DNA of 64,000 bases from Vulcanimicrobiota bacterium (GTDB lineage: Bacteria > Vulcanimicrobiota > Vulcanimicrobiia > Vulcanimicrobiales > Vulcanimicrobiaceae): positions 1,504,001 through 1,568,000 of the forward strand of contig OY970223.1 of NCBI GenBank assembly GCA_963714015.1, in the 5' to 3' direction. Position numbers and translations under genes: made by a program. The stretch's first letter is position 1; the number at the start of each line of letters is the position of its first letter. Below the pieces are notes generated by a model that saw nothing but the letters and a program-made list of their open reading frames with translations, did no database searches and was not told the DNA's origin. Shown in pieces: positions 9,383 through 20,395 of this stretch.

Positions 9383-10543
9383 ATGGTTGCCGGAATAGAC
9401 GCGCCCCTCGACGATCTGGTGCGGCATCGCCGCCACTTTCACATGCATCCCGAACTTTCGATGAAAGAAACGGGCACCGCGGCGTATATCGAACGCGAGC
9501 TGCGCGCGCTCCAGCTCGACGAGATTCGAACCGGCGTGGGGCAGACCGGTGTGATGGGCACGCTCCGCGGTGGACGGCCCGGCCCCGTGACGCTGCTGCG
9601 CGCGGATATCGACGCGCTTCCCGTGACGGAGACTGCCGACGTTCCATACCGGTCGCAGCATCCCGGCGTGATGCACGCATGCGGACACGACGCGCACATC
9701 GCAATTTTGCTCGCATCGGCAAAAGAACTTTCAGCGCGGCGCGCCGAGATCCACGGTACGCTGGTCTTTTGCTTTCAGCCCGGCGAGGAAGGGTTCGCGG
9801 GCAACAAGCTGATGATCGAAGACGGAGCTCTCGAGAATCCGCACGTCGATCGCTGCTTTGCGCTTCACGTTTTCAGCGGCCTGGAAGTTGGGAAGATCGG
9901 CGTGCGCGACGGCCCGTTCTTTGCCTCGTCCGACGAATTTCACTTGACGATTCGCGGAAAGGGCGGACACGGGGCGATGCCCGAGCGCGCGATCGATCCG
10001 ATCGTCGCCGGCGCGCATTTCGTAACCATGCTGCAGACGATTGTGAGCCGTGAAGTCGCACCGAAGAATCCGGCCGTCTTTACCGTCGGCAAATTCCAGG
10101 CGGGCTCGACCTTCAACGTGATTCCGAATGAGGCGGAGATGGAAGGGACCGTGCGCAGCTTCGATGCCGAGGTGCGCGCGTCGATGCCGGAGCGGATGGA
10201 GCGGATCCTCAAAGGCCTAGCCGAGGCGATGCGCGTCGATTACGATCTCAAGTACCGTTACGGCTATCCCCCGACTGTGAACGACCCGGCGATGAACGAG
10301 ATCGTACGTGACGTGGGAGCACGCATGCTGGGACGCAAGAACGTCGCCTATCCGCACGATATCGTGATGTGGGCAGAGGATATGTCGTACATGCTCGAAC
10401 AGCGGCCGGGATCGTATTTCATCGTCGGCGCGCGCGGACCCAAACTCGGCGTGTATCCGCAGCACAGCGCGAGTTATGACATCGACGAGAACGCGCTCGA
10501 AGCGGGCTTCAAAATGATGGTGGGCCTAGGTCTGCACGCATAG
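9383..10543 (+). CDS. M20D amidohydrolase
   Basis: HPELS, RADIDALP, MHACGHD, FQPGEE, GGHG. Confidence 0.9.
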   Translation: MVAGIDAPLDDLVRHRRHFHMHPELSMKETGTAAYIERELRALQLDEIRTGVGQTGVMGTLRGGRPGPVTLLRADIDALPVTETADVPYRSQHPGVMHACGHDAHIAILLASAKELSARRAEIHGTLVFCFQPGEEGFAGNKLMIEDGALENPHVDRCFALHVFSGLEVGKIGVRDGPFFASSDEFHLTIRGKGGHGAMPERAIDPIVAGAHFVTMLQTIVSREVAPKNPAVFTVGKFQAGSTFNVIPNEAEMEGTVRSFDAEVRASMPERMERILKGLAEAMRVDYDLKYRYGYPPTVNDPAMNEIVRDVGARMLGRKNVAYPHDIVMWAEDMSYMLEQRPGSYFIVGARGPKLGVYPQHSASYDIDENALEAGFKMMVGLGLHA

Positions 10544-10587
10544 CCCGCGCGGCGGTGACTGACGCCGTGGCGAGTTGCGCCCAGCCC

Positions 10588-10755
10588 CTAATCCGGATGC
10601 CGGTCGATGTCCTCGCGGATTGCGCCGGCGGTTTTTTCGGCGTACTGCCGCAGCTTGTCGGCGCCTTTGCGCAGGAGTCCGCCTAGCTGTGAGACGGCCT
10701 CTTCGGCCTGTGCCTGCGTTTGCTTGACCGCTTCTTGAAATTTGTCTTCGTTCAT
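10588..10755 (-). CDS. Small helical hypothetical protein (55 aa)
   Basis: MNEDKFQEAVK...; ATGA overlap with the upstream gene. Confidence 0.6.
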   Translation of the reverse strand: MNEDKFQEAVKQTQAQAEEAVSQLGGLLRKGADKLRQYAEKTAGAIREDIDRHPD

Positions 10756-11090
10756 TCGGGCTCCGTCACTGTAAGTACCCAGCGGATCGCTCGAGCGTAC
10801 TGGTCCAGCTCTTGAACCGTGCGCCGCAGCCATGCGGTGGTCGTGTCCTCGTGCCTTTTGATACCCTGGAGCGCGTCCAACTGTTTCGCGTAGATGCGTG
10901 CCTGGTCGAGTTGCTCCTCGATCTGCGGCCACCGCGTGCGAAGCGTCTGCTCCGACGCATCGGGAGGTCGGTCGATGATCGGCGGAGCCTGGGCTTGCGG
11001 GTGGCCTATGGCAAACTCCAGACGCGCGAGCGCGTAGTCGCCGCTCACGCGGATGAACGAAGCCAGCAGTTGTACTAGGCGCACCTCCAT
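10752..11090 (-). CDS. Hypothetical protein
   Basis: MEVRLVQLL...WVLTVTEPE; fills the gap and is coupled to the next ORF. Confidence 0.65.
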   Translation of the reverse strand: MEVRLVQLLASFIRVSGDYALARLEFAIGHPQAQAPPIIDRPPDASEQTLRTRWPQIEEQLDQARIYAKQLDALQGIKRHEDTTTAWLRRTVQELDQYARAIRWVLTVTEPE

Positions 11091-11129
11091 CGCGGGAGCG
11101 CTTCTGCGTCTCGCCGAACGGGGCCCCTC

Positions 11130-12371
11130 GTGAATTCGGTGGGAGATAACAGGCGGTACGTCATCGTCGGGAATGGCTTTGCCGGAACGACCGCCGCCGA
11201 ACAGCTGCGCAAACACGACCCCACCTGCAGCATCACCCTGTTTACCGACGAGCCATATACGCTGTACAACCGGATAGCGCTGCCTCCGCTGCTTCGCAAG
11301 CAGGTCACGCAGCAGAAGGTGATCATGCGGGACGTCGCATGGCACGAGAAGCAAGTCATCGATCTGCATCTGCGGACCCGAGTCGAGAAAGTCGTTCCCG
11401 AAGAGCGCGTGATAATGGCGAACGGCAAATCGTATCCGTACGACGCGCTGCTGGTTGCCACCGGCGGACGGCCAAATGCGCATCCGGCGCCCGGGTGCGA
11501 CGGCGCCAACGTTTATAACTTTCAGTACATGGACGACACGCTCGCAATCTCCCAGGAACTGGAGACCGCGAAGGCCGGCGTCGCGATCGGCGGTTCCTTC
11601 ATCGCCTACGAGCTTGCGGAAGCGTTCATCTCGCGTAAGGTCGAGACGCACTGGATCATGCGCGGTCCGCGCGTCCTGCACCGCATGTTGGACGAGATCG
11701 CGGGCGAGCTGATCGACGAGGCCGCAAAGACCGACGGCGTGCACATGCATTATGGGGACGAAATCATGGAATTCGTTCGCGACAACGGCGTCGTCAAGAA
11801 ACTGCGCACCAAGAACGGCGTCGAGATCGAGGCGCAGTGCTACGGCGTCGGCCTGGGACTGGCTTTGAACACGGAAGTGCTCGCCGGAAGCGGCGTCGAG
11901 ATCAGCAAGAACGGCATCCTTTGCGACGACCATCTGGAGACGAACGTCAAGGGCATCTTTGCCGCCGGAGACATCGCCGACTTTTACGATCCGATCCTCG
12001 AAATGCGCTATCGTATGGGAACGTGGAACAACGCCGGTGCGCACGGAAAAGTCGTCGCGCAGAACATGATGGGCGGCAGCGTATCGTACGACGACGTCCC
12101 CGAGTACTCGAGTCTGCTGTTCAAGGGCCAGACGATAACGCAGTTCGGGCTTTCGCCGGAATACCGGAGCGACATCGAGACCGTGTTTTCAGTCGATCGC
12201 GAGAAGAAGTGGTACCGCGCGCTTTACTTCTGGGAAGATCGTCTAGTCGGCGGCTGTTTCATGGGCAAAGGCAACCGCAGCGGTAAACGCAAGTACGTCG
12301 AGGCCATCAAATCCAAGCACCGCTATCCCAAACCGGAGTGGAAGACGATGCTCGAATGGACGCACGACTAG
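11130..12371 (+). CDS. NAD(P)/FAD-dependent oxidoreductase (ferredoxin/rubredoxin reductase-like)
   Basis: GNGFAG, ATGG, GGSFIAYE, IFAAGDIA. Confidence 0.85.
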   Translation: MNSVGDNRRYVIVGNGFAGTTAAEQLRKHDPTCSITLFTDEPYTLYNRIALPPLLRKQVTQQKVIMRDVAWHEKQVIDLHLRTRVEKVVPEERVIMANGKSYPYDALLVATGGRPNAHPAPGCDGANVYNFQYMDDTLAISQELETAKAGVAIGGSFIAYELAEAFISRKVETHWIMRGPRVLHRMLDEIAGELIDEAAKTDGVHMHYGDEIMEFVRDNGVVKKLRTKNGVEIEAQCYGVGLGLALNTEVLAGSGVEISKNGILCDDHLETNVKGIFAAGDIADFYDPILEMRYRMGTWNNAGAHGKVVAQNMMGGSVSYDDVPEYSSLLFKGQTITQFGLSPEYRSDIETVFSVDREKKWYRALYFWEDRLVGGCFMGKGNRSGKRKYVEAIKSKHRYPKPEWKTMLEWTHD

Positions 12372-12381
12372 AGCGCCGGAC

Positions 12382-13731
12382 TCAAACAGTGACGGTCGTT
12401 CCGCGGACGGCAACGTCGGCAGCCCAGCCGTATTTGGCGCGAACTATCCCGCAGAGGCTTTGCGCGGCCGGCGGATCGCCGTGCACCGCGTAGAAGTGCG
12501 GTTTGGCCGTACACGTGTCGAGCCAGCGCTGAATCTCGTCGCGATCGGCGTGCGCGCTGTAGCCGGTGATGTTGCCGGTTGCGGCTTGCACCGGCAGCAG
12601 ATCGCCGAAGATCCGAATCGTCTTCGCGCCCGACATGAGTATCGAGCCAAGCGTTCCGGCGCCCTGATAGCCGACGAATAAAATCGTCGCCTTCGGATCC
12701 GAGACGTGGTTGTACAGGTGATGCAGCACGCGCCCGCCGGCCGCCATGCCGCTGGCGGAGACGATCAGATGCGCGCCTGTTACGTGATTGATTGCTTTCG
12801 ATTGATCGGTCGTCACCGCAAGCGTGACATTGTCCGCGCCGAACGTCTTGCCGTTTTGTGCGGGAAGCGGTTTGCGCGCTTCCGGAAACTTCTCGAACAA
12901 CTCGTCGACCTTCTCGGCCATGGGACTGTCCAGATAGATCGGCAGCTGCGCGATCTGCGGATTGCGCGCTTGCAGCTGGCCCATTGAAAACAAAATTTCC
13001 TGGGTGCGTTCGACGGCGAATGCCGGGATGACGATCGCTCCGCCGCGTGCTATGGCCTGCACGAGCGTTTGTTCCAGGGTGCCGAGCGCATCCGGTGGAT
13101 GCACGCGATCCCCGTACGTCGACTCGCAGATCAGCGTCTGCGCCGGCCCCATGGGCGTGGGGTCGTAAAGAAGCGTGCGATTGTATCGCCCGGCATCGCC
13201 TGAAAACACGATCCTGTTCCCGTCTACGTCGATTTGGACAAACGCGGAGCCGATGATGTGCGCCGCATTCTGAAAAGTCGCGGTCATGCCGCAAACTTGA
13301 AACGGCTTTGCGAGATCGATAGCCTTCGTGAACTGGATCGTCCGCTGCACGTCCGCTTCGTTGTAGAACGGCGGAGGCGCATAATGCTCGTTGTGCATCC
13401 CTCGCTTGTGCAAGTGACTCTGCAGATTCACCGCGTCTTCGAGAACGATCGCCATCAGCGCACGCGTCGCCGGCGTCGCGTAAATGGTTCCACGGAATCC
13501 GTCGTGCACGAGTTTCGGCAAATAGCCGACATGATCGATATGACCGTGCGTGATGACGATGGATTGAAGCGATTTGGGATCGAACGGAAGCGGCAGCGAG
13601 TTCATCGCCGTAACGCTTTGCAGACCCTGGTATAAGCCGCAATCGACCAACAGGCTCTGTCCGTTGTTTTCGAGCAGATGTTTGCTGCCGGTGACGGTTC
13701 CGGCGGCGCCGATGAAAGTTAACTCAGGCAT
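12382..13731 (-). CDS. MBL/beta-CASP ribonuclease (YSH1-like)
   Basis: VTGS, THGHIDH, ESTYG, SAHAD. Confidence 0.88.
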   Translation of the reverse strand: MPELTFIGAAGTVTGSKHLLENNGQSLLVDCGLYQGLQSVTAMNSLPLPFDPKSLQSIVITHGHIDHVGYLPKLVHDGFRGTIYATPATRALMAIVLEDAVNLQSHLHKRGMHNEHYAPPPFYNEADVQRTIQFTKAIDLAKPFQVCGMTATFQNAAHIIGSAFVQIDVDGNRIVFSGDAGRYNRTLLYDPTPMGPAQTLICESTYGDRVHPPDALGTLEQTLVQAIARGGAIVIPAFAVERTQEILFSMGQLQARNPQIAQLPIYLDSPMAEKVDELFEKFPEARKPLPAQNGKTFGADNVTLAVTTDQSKAINHVTGAHLIVSASGMAAGGRVLHHLYNHVSDPKATILFVGYQGAGTLGSILMSGAKTIRIFGDLLPVQAATGNITGYSAHADRDEIQRWLDTCTAKPHFYAVHGDPPAAQSLCGIVRAKYGWAADVAVRGTTVTV

Positions 13732-14317
13732 GCGTCTCCTGCACGATCGGTCCGCGATCGAAGGCTTTGGAACTGGGCATGGACGACGTGCGCCATATCC
13801 CCAAACAACGATCCACCAGCTGCTCGGGATCGTCGTCGCTAATAATCGTCGATCCGGTGCTCTTTTTCACCAATTCGGCAATACGTTCGAATTCGTTGGA
13901 GATGCCGCCCGAGTCGCGCAGAACGCCGATGAGCTTGCCTTCGTCGTAGGCGATGCAGAACTCGCCGAGCGTTCCGCTGCGCCCGCCGACGAAGAGTACG
14001 AAGTCGGAGCTGTGAATGTTGTGCGTCTCGCGGCCCATCAATCCCGAGCCGGTAAAGACCATCGCGGTATACGGCTGGAGCGGCGAACCGTAAACCTGCA
14101 CGTGCTCTTCGCTCGAAAGCGCCGGAGATACGCCCAAGCTCACGCCGCCTAGTTCGTGCGCGCCTAAAACTGCAGCATGCGGTAAACCGGGACAAGCTCC
14201 CGTGACGATCGTGCAGTCGCGCCTTGCAATCTCGCGACCGAGCCGGCGCGCCAGATCCAACTGCGCATCGCTGATCGCCCCTCCGGCCGAACCCATGACG
14301 CCGACTTGAGTCTTCAT
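13724..14317 (-). CDS. LOG/SMF-like Rossmann-fold nucleotide-binding protein
   Basis: VTGACPGLP, GGRSGTLGE. Confidence 0.75.
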   Translation of the reverse strand: MKTQVGVMGSAGGAISDAQLDLARRLGREIARRDCTIVTGACPGLPHAAVLGAHELGGVSLGVSPALSSEEHVQVYGSPLQPYTAMVFTGSGLMGRETHNIHSSDFVLFVGGRSGTLGEFCIAYDEGKLIGVLRDSGGISNEFERIAELVKKSTGSTIISDDDPEQLVDRCLGIWRTSSMPSSKAFDRGPIVQETHA

Positions 14318-14355
14318 AAAATGAAAGCTCCTCCCGAACGACGCATACCGTTCGG

Positions 14356-15120
14356 GTGAACGACTACGGCGCCCTGGTGCGTAGATGGAAGGCGCTTCGC
14401 GCGCGGTACGACGTTACGGTACGTGAAGTGGCATGCGTCGGAGCCGGCCGCACGCTGCTCTGTGCAGAGAGTGCAAATGCGTCTGCGCCGCTTGTGGCAA
14501 TCGCCGCCGGCGTGCACGGCGACGAACCCGGGGGGCCTTGGGCGTTGCTGCATCTCGTTGAATGCAAAGAGCTCGACGATCGCTACGCGTACCGCATCTG
14601 GCCGTGCACCAATCCGAGCGGATTCGAGCTGGGAACGCGTGAGAACGCGGAAGGAATCGACGTGAACCGGAGCTTCGGCCGCGGAGGACAGACGCCGGAA
14701 GCGCGCGCTATTCTGACGGCAAACCGCGATCGGAAGTACGCTCTCTCGATCGATCTGCATGAAGACTGCGATGCGCGTGGATTCTACTGCTATGCGTACG
14801 TCGACGCGGCGTGTGCGCGCGCCGCAGTCGACGCCGTGCGCGAGGCCGGGTTCGCCATACAAGATCTCACGCAATGCGATCTCGGAGCGCCGTACCGGCA
14901 GACGGAACTGGACGACGGAGTCGTGCGTCCGGCTTCGGAAGAGGAAATCGCAGCCATCGGCGGCCTGTCCTATAACCTTTCCCTCATCCGGCATGCAGCC
15001 CAGCGGGCGCTCACGTTCGAGACGCCAAGCACGCTGCCGCTCGTCGAGAGGATTACCATTCACCGGATCGCGGTAAAGGCGGCGCTCCAGGCACTTTCGA
15101 AGCAGCAGCCTCATGGCTGA
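14356..15120 (+). CDS. M14 family metallocarboxypeptidase/deacylase
   Basis: HGDE, NPSG, REN, DVNRSF, DLHED, TFETP. Confidence 0.8.
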   Translation: MNDYGALVRRWKALRARYDVTVREVACVGAGRTLLCAESANASAPLVAIAAGVHGDEPGGPWALLHLVECKELDDRYAYRIWPCTNPSGFELGTRENAEGIDVNRSFGRGGQTPEARAILTANRDRKYALSIDLHEDCDARGFYCYAYVDAACARAAVDAVREAGFAIQDLTQCDLGAPYRQTELDDGVVRPASEEEIAAIGGLSYNLSLIRHAAQRALTFETPSTLPLVERITIHRIAVKAALQALSKQQPHG

Positions 15121-16765
15121 ACGTGATTCCCTCGAAGTCGACGTCCTTTTCGTAGGTGCGGGCCCCGCGAGTTTGGCGGGTGCTATCCGGTTGATGCAGC
15201 TGGCGAAAGCGAACGGCAAAGAGCTGGAAGTGCTCGTGATCGACAAAGCCGGCGAGATCGGCAACCACGGGCTGTCGGGCGCGGTGATGGATCCCCGCGC
15301 GCTTGACGAGTTGCTCCCGGATTGGCGCAGCGAAGCTCCGGTGGAAGCGCCGGTCAGCGGCGATCAACTCTGGCTGCTCACGAACACCGGCCGCATCAAA
15401 GCCCCGATCGTTCCGCCGATGATGAACAATCACGGCAAGTACGTCGCATCGCTGCAGAAGATCGTCAAGTGGATGGCTTCGAAGGCCGAGGAAGCCGGCG
15501 CTCAAGTCTTCGGCGAGTTTCCGGGGCAGGAACTGTTATGGGACGGCGATCGCGCGATCGGCGTGCGTACGGGCGACAAAGGCTTGGACAAACATGGTAA
15601 TCCCAAGCCGAACTACGAACCCGGCGCCGACATCCTTGCGAAGATCGTCGTGCTCGGCGAAGGGCCGCGCGGTACGCTTGCAAAGCAGGCGATTCCGCGT
15701 TTGAATCTGCACGAAGGACGCGAACCGCAAGTCTATGCCGCGGGCGTCAAAGAACTTTGGCAGTGTCCTCCCGGTTCCGTTCAACCCGGCAGCGTGATTC
15801 ATACGATGGGCTTCCCTCTTCCGAACGACACGTTCGGCGGCGGATTCATCTACGGCATGGCCGGCGACATTCTGGATATCGGCTTCGTCACGGGCCTCGA
15901 TTATAAAGATCCGACGACGGATCCGCATAACGTCTTTCAGCTTTACAAGACGCATCCGGCCGTGCGCGAACTGCTCGACGGCGCCAAGCTCCTGCGCTAC
16001 GGCGCGAAAGCGATTCCCGAAGGAGGCCTTTACGCTATGCCGCGGCTGTACGGCGACGGCTTGCTGCTGATCGGCGATACGGGCGGGTTCCTCAACGGAA
16101 TGCGGCTCAAAGGCGTTCATCTGGCCACCAAATCGGGGATGCTCGCCGCGGAAACGGCGTTCGAAGCGCTGCAAGCCGGCAAATACGATCGCGATCAACT
16201 GTCGTCAATGGAGAGCCGGTTCAAAAATTCGTGGGCGTACGATGAACTCTACAGCGCCCGAAACTTTCACCAAGGGTTCAAAAACGGTCTGGTCAACGGC
16301 ATGCTCAACACGGGCCTGGGAATGTTCACGAAAGGCCGCGGTTTTGGACTTTCCGATCGGCTTCGCGGGGAACCGGGGTTCGAACGCATGGAGAAGCGCG
16401 GCTACCGGCCCAAGGAATCGGCGCGCGCCCCGATCGACAACGTCGTTACGTTCGACAAGCTCACCGACGTGTTCAATAGCGGCACGATGCACGAAGAGGA
16501 TCAGCCGTGCCATCTGAAAGTCGCGGATACGGGCATCTGCCGCGACAAGTGCACCGTTGAATATGGGAATCCGTGTCAGTACTTTTGTCCGGCTAAGGTC
16601 TACGAACCGATGTTCGAGAAAGCGGGAGACGGCGTAACCGGCGCGTTGACGATCAACTTCACGAACTGCGTGCATTGCAAGACGTGCGACATCGCGGATC
16701 CGTATCAGATCATCACCTGGGTCCCTCCGCAGGGCGGCGAAGGTCCCGTATATACCGCGATGTAA
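15113..16765 (+). CDS. Electron-transfer flavoprotein:quinone oxidoreductase
   Basis: VGAGPA, LSGAV, HEEDQPCHL, CPAKVYE and NCVHCKTCDI (4Fe-4S). Confidence 0.92.
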   Translation: MAERDSLEVDVLFVGAGPASLAGAIRLMQLAKANGKELEVLVIDKAGEIGNHGLSGAVMDPRALDELLPDWRSEAPVEAPVSGDQLWLLTNTGRIKAPIVPPMMNNHGKYVASLQKIVKWMASKAEEAGAQVFGEFPGQELLWDGDRAIGVRTGDKGLDKHGNPKPNYEPGADILAKIVVLGEGPRGTLAKQAIPRLNLHEGREPQVYAAGVKELWQCPPGSVQPGSVIHTMGFPLPNDTFGGGFIYGMAGDILDIGFVTGLDYKDPTTDPHNVFQLYKTHPAVRELLDGAKLLRYGAKAIPEGGLYAMPRLYGDGLLLIGDTGGFLNGMRLKGVHLATKSGMLAAETAFEALQAGKYDRDQLSSMESRFKNSWAYDELYSARNFHQGFKNGLVNGMLNTGLGMFTKGRGFGLSDRLRGEPGFERMEKRGYRPKESARAPIDNVVTFDKLTDVFNSGTMHEEDQPCHLKVADTGICRDKCTVEYGNPCQYFCPAKVYEPMFEKAGDGVTGALTINFTNCVHCKTCDIADPYQIITWVPPQGGEGPVYTAM

Positions 16766-16827
16766 ATCGAACGAGAACAAGCGTACACTCGCATGCCTCC
16801 CATTTCCCGGAGGCGATCCATACGCTG

Positions 16828-17994
16828 ATGCGAAGTGCCAACAGAGTGAACACCGGTTTTCGGACAAGCGGCGACGTTGCAGTCATCGGGGCGGGGATCA
16901 TCGGTCTTTCGATTGCGTTCGAATTAGCGGCTCGCGGCGCTACGGTGCGAGTGTACGATACCGGCGAACCGGCGAAAGCAGCTTCCTGGGCAGCCGCCGG
17001 CATGCTTGCTCCGCTTACTGAAAGCATTCCCGACGACGCGATGCGCCGCTTGTGCGAATCATCGCTCGCGCTCTACCCGTCGTTCGCACAGACGATTGCC
17101 AATGTGAGCGGCGTCGATCCGCATCTTCGTCTCGACGGCATCATCACTGCAGCGTACGGCCCGGAAAGACTGGAAGAGCTGACCGATCGAGCGGTCGAGC
17201 TGCAATCTTGCGGCCGCAGGGCGACTATGCTCGATCGGGACGAAACGCTGTCCGCCGAACCCGCGCTGTCCCGCACCGTCGCCGGCGCGCTGTTCGTTGA
17301 AGGCGAAGGACAGATCGATAACCGGCGCCTAGGACGCGCACTCGTCACGGCGTGCGAGGCGGAAGGCGTCCGAATTCAAATCGGAATCGAATCTCTGCTC
17401 GTCGAGTGCGACGAGCGCCGAGCATTGGGCGTCAGAACGGATCGCGGCTTCTTCCCGACGGGCGCCATCGTCAATGCGGCCGGCGCTTGGGCCTCGAGAA
17501 TTCCCGGCGTTCCCGACCACTGCATTCCGGCGGTCTATCCGGTCAAAGGCCAGATGATCGCCATGGAAATCCCCGTCGGGTTCGTCCGGCGAACGACCTG
17601 GGTGCCCGGCGCCTACCTCGTGCCGCGCCCCGATGGACGCTTGCTCGTGGGGGCAACGGCCGAGAATGCGGGCTACGACGTCCGCGTCACTGCCGGCGGA
17701 CTTGAGAATTTATTGCGCGCCGCGGTCACAGCCGCTCCGGCGCTGCGCGATTTTACTGTGAGCGAGGCGTGGGCGGGCCTTCGCCCTGGAACTCCCGACG
17801 AGCGTCCGTTCCTTGGCCCCACCTCGCTCTCCGGTTATTATCTGGCAACAGGGCACTACCGCAACGGCATTCTGCTCGCGCCCGCCACGGCGCGAATGAT
17901 TGCCGACGCCGTCGAAACCGGCGCTGCGGAAATTTCTCCGGAATTCTCGCTCGAACATCGAAGGGAGTCGCGTGAGAGCGTCAATCAACGGTGA
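16828..17994 (+). CDS. thiO: Glycine oxidase
   Basis: GAGIIG, ASWAAAGML, GLRP, GHYRNGILL; upstream of thiS-thiG. Confidence 0.9.
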   Translation: MRSANRVNTGFRTSGDVAVIGAGIIGLSIAFELAARGATVRVYDTGEPAKAASWAAAGMLAPLTESIPDDAMRRLCESSLALYPSFAQTIANVSGVDPHLRLDGIITAAYGPERLEELTDRAVELQSCGRRATMLDRDETLSAEPALSRTVAGALFVEGEGQIDNRRLGRALVTACEAEGVRIQIGIESLLVECDERRALGVRTDRGFFPTGAIVNAAGAWASRIPGVPDHCIPAVYPVKGQMIAMEIPVGFVRRTTWVPGAYLVPRPDGRLLVGATAENAGYDVRVTAGGLENLLRAAVTAAPALRDFTVSEAWAGLRPGTPDERPFLGPTSLSGYYLATGHYRNGILLAPATARMIADAVETGAAEISPEFSLEHRRESRESVNQR

Positions 17995-18172
17995 GCCGCG
18001 CGATCTTCCCGAAGGGCTGAACGTCGCGCAGTTGCTGCATCACTTGAACGCGCCCGACCGCGGAATCGCGGTCGCGAAAAACGATCGCGTCGTTCGGCGC
18101 GCGGCTTTTGCCAGCGAGCCGGTCCGGGATGGCGATCGAATCGAGATCATCAAAGCAGTCGCAGGAGGCTGA
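17972..18172 (+). CDS. thiS: Thiamine sulfur carrier
   Basis: INGE..., C-terminal VAGG. Confidence 0.93.
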   Translation: MRASINGEPRDLPEGLNVAQLLHHLNAPDRGIAVAKNDRVVRRAAFASEPVRDGDRIEIIKAVAGG

Positions 18173-18178
18173 AGCACT

Positions 18179-18959
<781 letters not shown>

Positions 18960-18961
18960 CG

Positions 18962-19281
18962 GTGTTCGAAATTCCGGTCGAAGAGCTCGCGCGCTGGCGC
19001 GCAAGCGGCAAAGAGTTCGTCCTCCTCGACGTACGCGAACCGCAGGAAGTGGCGACGGCGGCACTGCCGGGAGCACTGCACATTCCGATGCGGCAAGTTC
19101 CCACGCGGACGCGGTGAGATTCCACGCGGCGTCGAGGTCGCGGTGCTCTGCCATTACGGCGGCCGCAGCGAGCGCGTCGCGCGTTTTCTGGAGCTCGCAG
19201 GGATTCGTAGGCGTCTACAACGTCGAAGGCGGCATCGACGAATACGCTTTACGCGTCGACCCCTCGATTCCGCGCTATTAG
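18962..19281 (+). CDS. Single-domain rhodanese (two apparent frameshifts)
   Basis: LLDVREPQE, CHYGGRS, NVEGGID...DPSIPRY across frames. Confidence 0.75.
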
Positions 19282-19824
19282 GAAAAAGTGAACGCGCCCG
19301 GACGACGGCGCGGCGTGTGCCCAGCGTCCGGCAACGTCATCGACGTTGCGCTCCTCCAACGAATCGATTTGAAATAGCGGTATCAACATTTCGCGAAGCT
19401 GCGGCTCGGTGAAGTACGTATGGGCAACGCCGGGCTCGTCGCCTTCCGTTTCGGCGAACGTCGAATCACCCAAACGCACGCCCCTGCCGTAGCGTGCGTC
19501 GCGAACGGAAGCGAAGGTTGCGTAAAAGGGCGCCGATGATTTGAGCGATTGGGCAACGCGGGCCAATCCGGACGCAATTTCGTCAGGCGCCCCGTGCAAG
19601 AACGCGTGCGTGCTGATCGCAGCGTCGAAGAACCCTTGCCGGCACGGCGGCTCTTCACGTGATTCGACGGCTAAGCCGGCTGCCGTCAATGCGGTGCGGT
19701 TGCGGCCGCTGCCCATTCCGATCTCCAGAACGCGCGCGCCGCGCTGCGTTTGAAGCGCGTGCACGAGTGCGTCTGCGAGCGGATGGGGCCGGAGCTTCTC
19801 TGTGTCCGGAGAATGATCGGTCAT
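19249..19824 (-). CDS. Class I SAM-dependent methyltransferase
   Basis: VLEIGMGSGRN motif I. Confidence 0.7.
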   Translation of the reverse strand: MTDHSPDTEKLRPHPLADALVHALQTQRGARVLEIGMGSGRNRTALTAAGLAVESREEPPCRQGFFDAAISTHAFLHGAPDEIASGLARVAQSLKSSAPFYATFASVRDARYGRGVRLGDSTFAETEGDEPGVAHTYFTEPQLREMLIPLFQIDSLEERNVDDVAGRWAHAAPSSGRVHFFLIARNRGVDA

Positions 19825-19916
19825 GCGTTCGCTGCCTCTGATTATCGCGGCCGCCGCAAATGACCTTGCTTTACGCCCCGGCTCTCCGGCTACCGGCCGG
19901 GAAAGGAATCGTAATC

Positions 19917-20372
19917 GTGCTCGAACCCGGCGCGCAGATGCCGCGCGTTGAAACCGTCGACGACACCGGTAAAAGCGTCAATACCGCGGACTTTCTGGGA
20001 TCCACGCTCGTCCTTTGGTTCTATCCAAAAGACGATACTCCGGGTTGAACGAACGAGGCGTCGCAGTTTCGCGACGCGTACGCGCGCTTCCAAGCCAAAG
20101 GCGCAAAGATCGTGGGCGTGAGCAAAGATTCGGTTTCCTCGCATACGAAGTTCAAGGAGAAGTACGGCATTCCGTTTCCGCTTCTCGCCGACACCGGCGC
20201 AGCGGTTTGCGATGCATTCGGGACGATCAGCGACAAGAACATGTACGGCAAGATTCTCAAAGGCATTACCCGCGCGACTTTTTTGATCGACGCGTCGGGC
20301 ACGATTCTGAAAGTCTGGCCTAAGGTGAGGGTCGAGGGCCACGCAGAGGACGTTCTCACATCGTTGCCCTGA
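19917..20372 (+). CDS. bcp: BCP/PrxQ peroxiredoxin, probable selenoprotein (in-frame TGA at 20046)
   Basis: WFYPKDDTPG*TNEA continues in frame to GVSKDS and RATFLID; SECIS-like hairpin follows. Confidence 0.8.
20058..20077 (+). promoter_or_regulatory. Putative bacterial SECIS hairpin
   Basis: GCGTCGC-AGTTTC-GCGACGC; 16 nt separate the TGA from the loop, which has GT at positions 2-3. Confidence 0.55.
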
Positions 20373-20395
20373 ATGCGGGAGAACTGCGCCTGCTC

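Noticed and set aside
16766..16830. TPP riboswitch upstream of thiO
   Set aside because: The gap is short and no CTGAGA or other TPP consensus is seen
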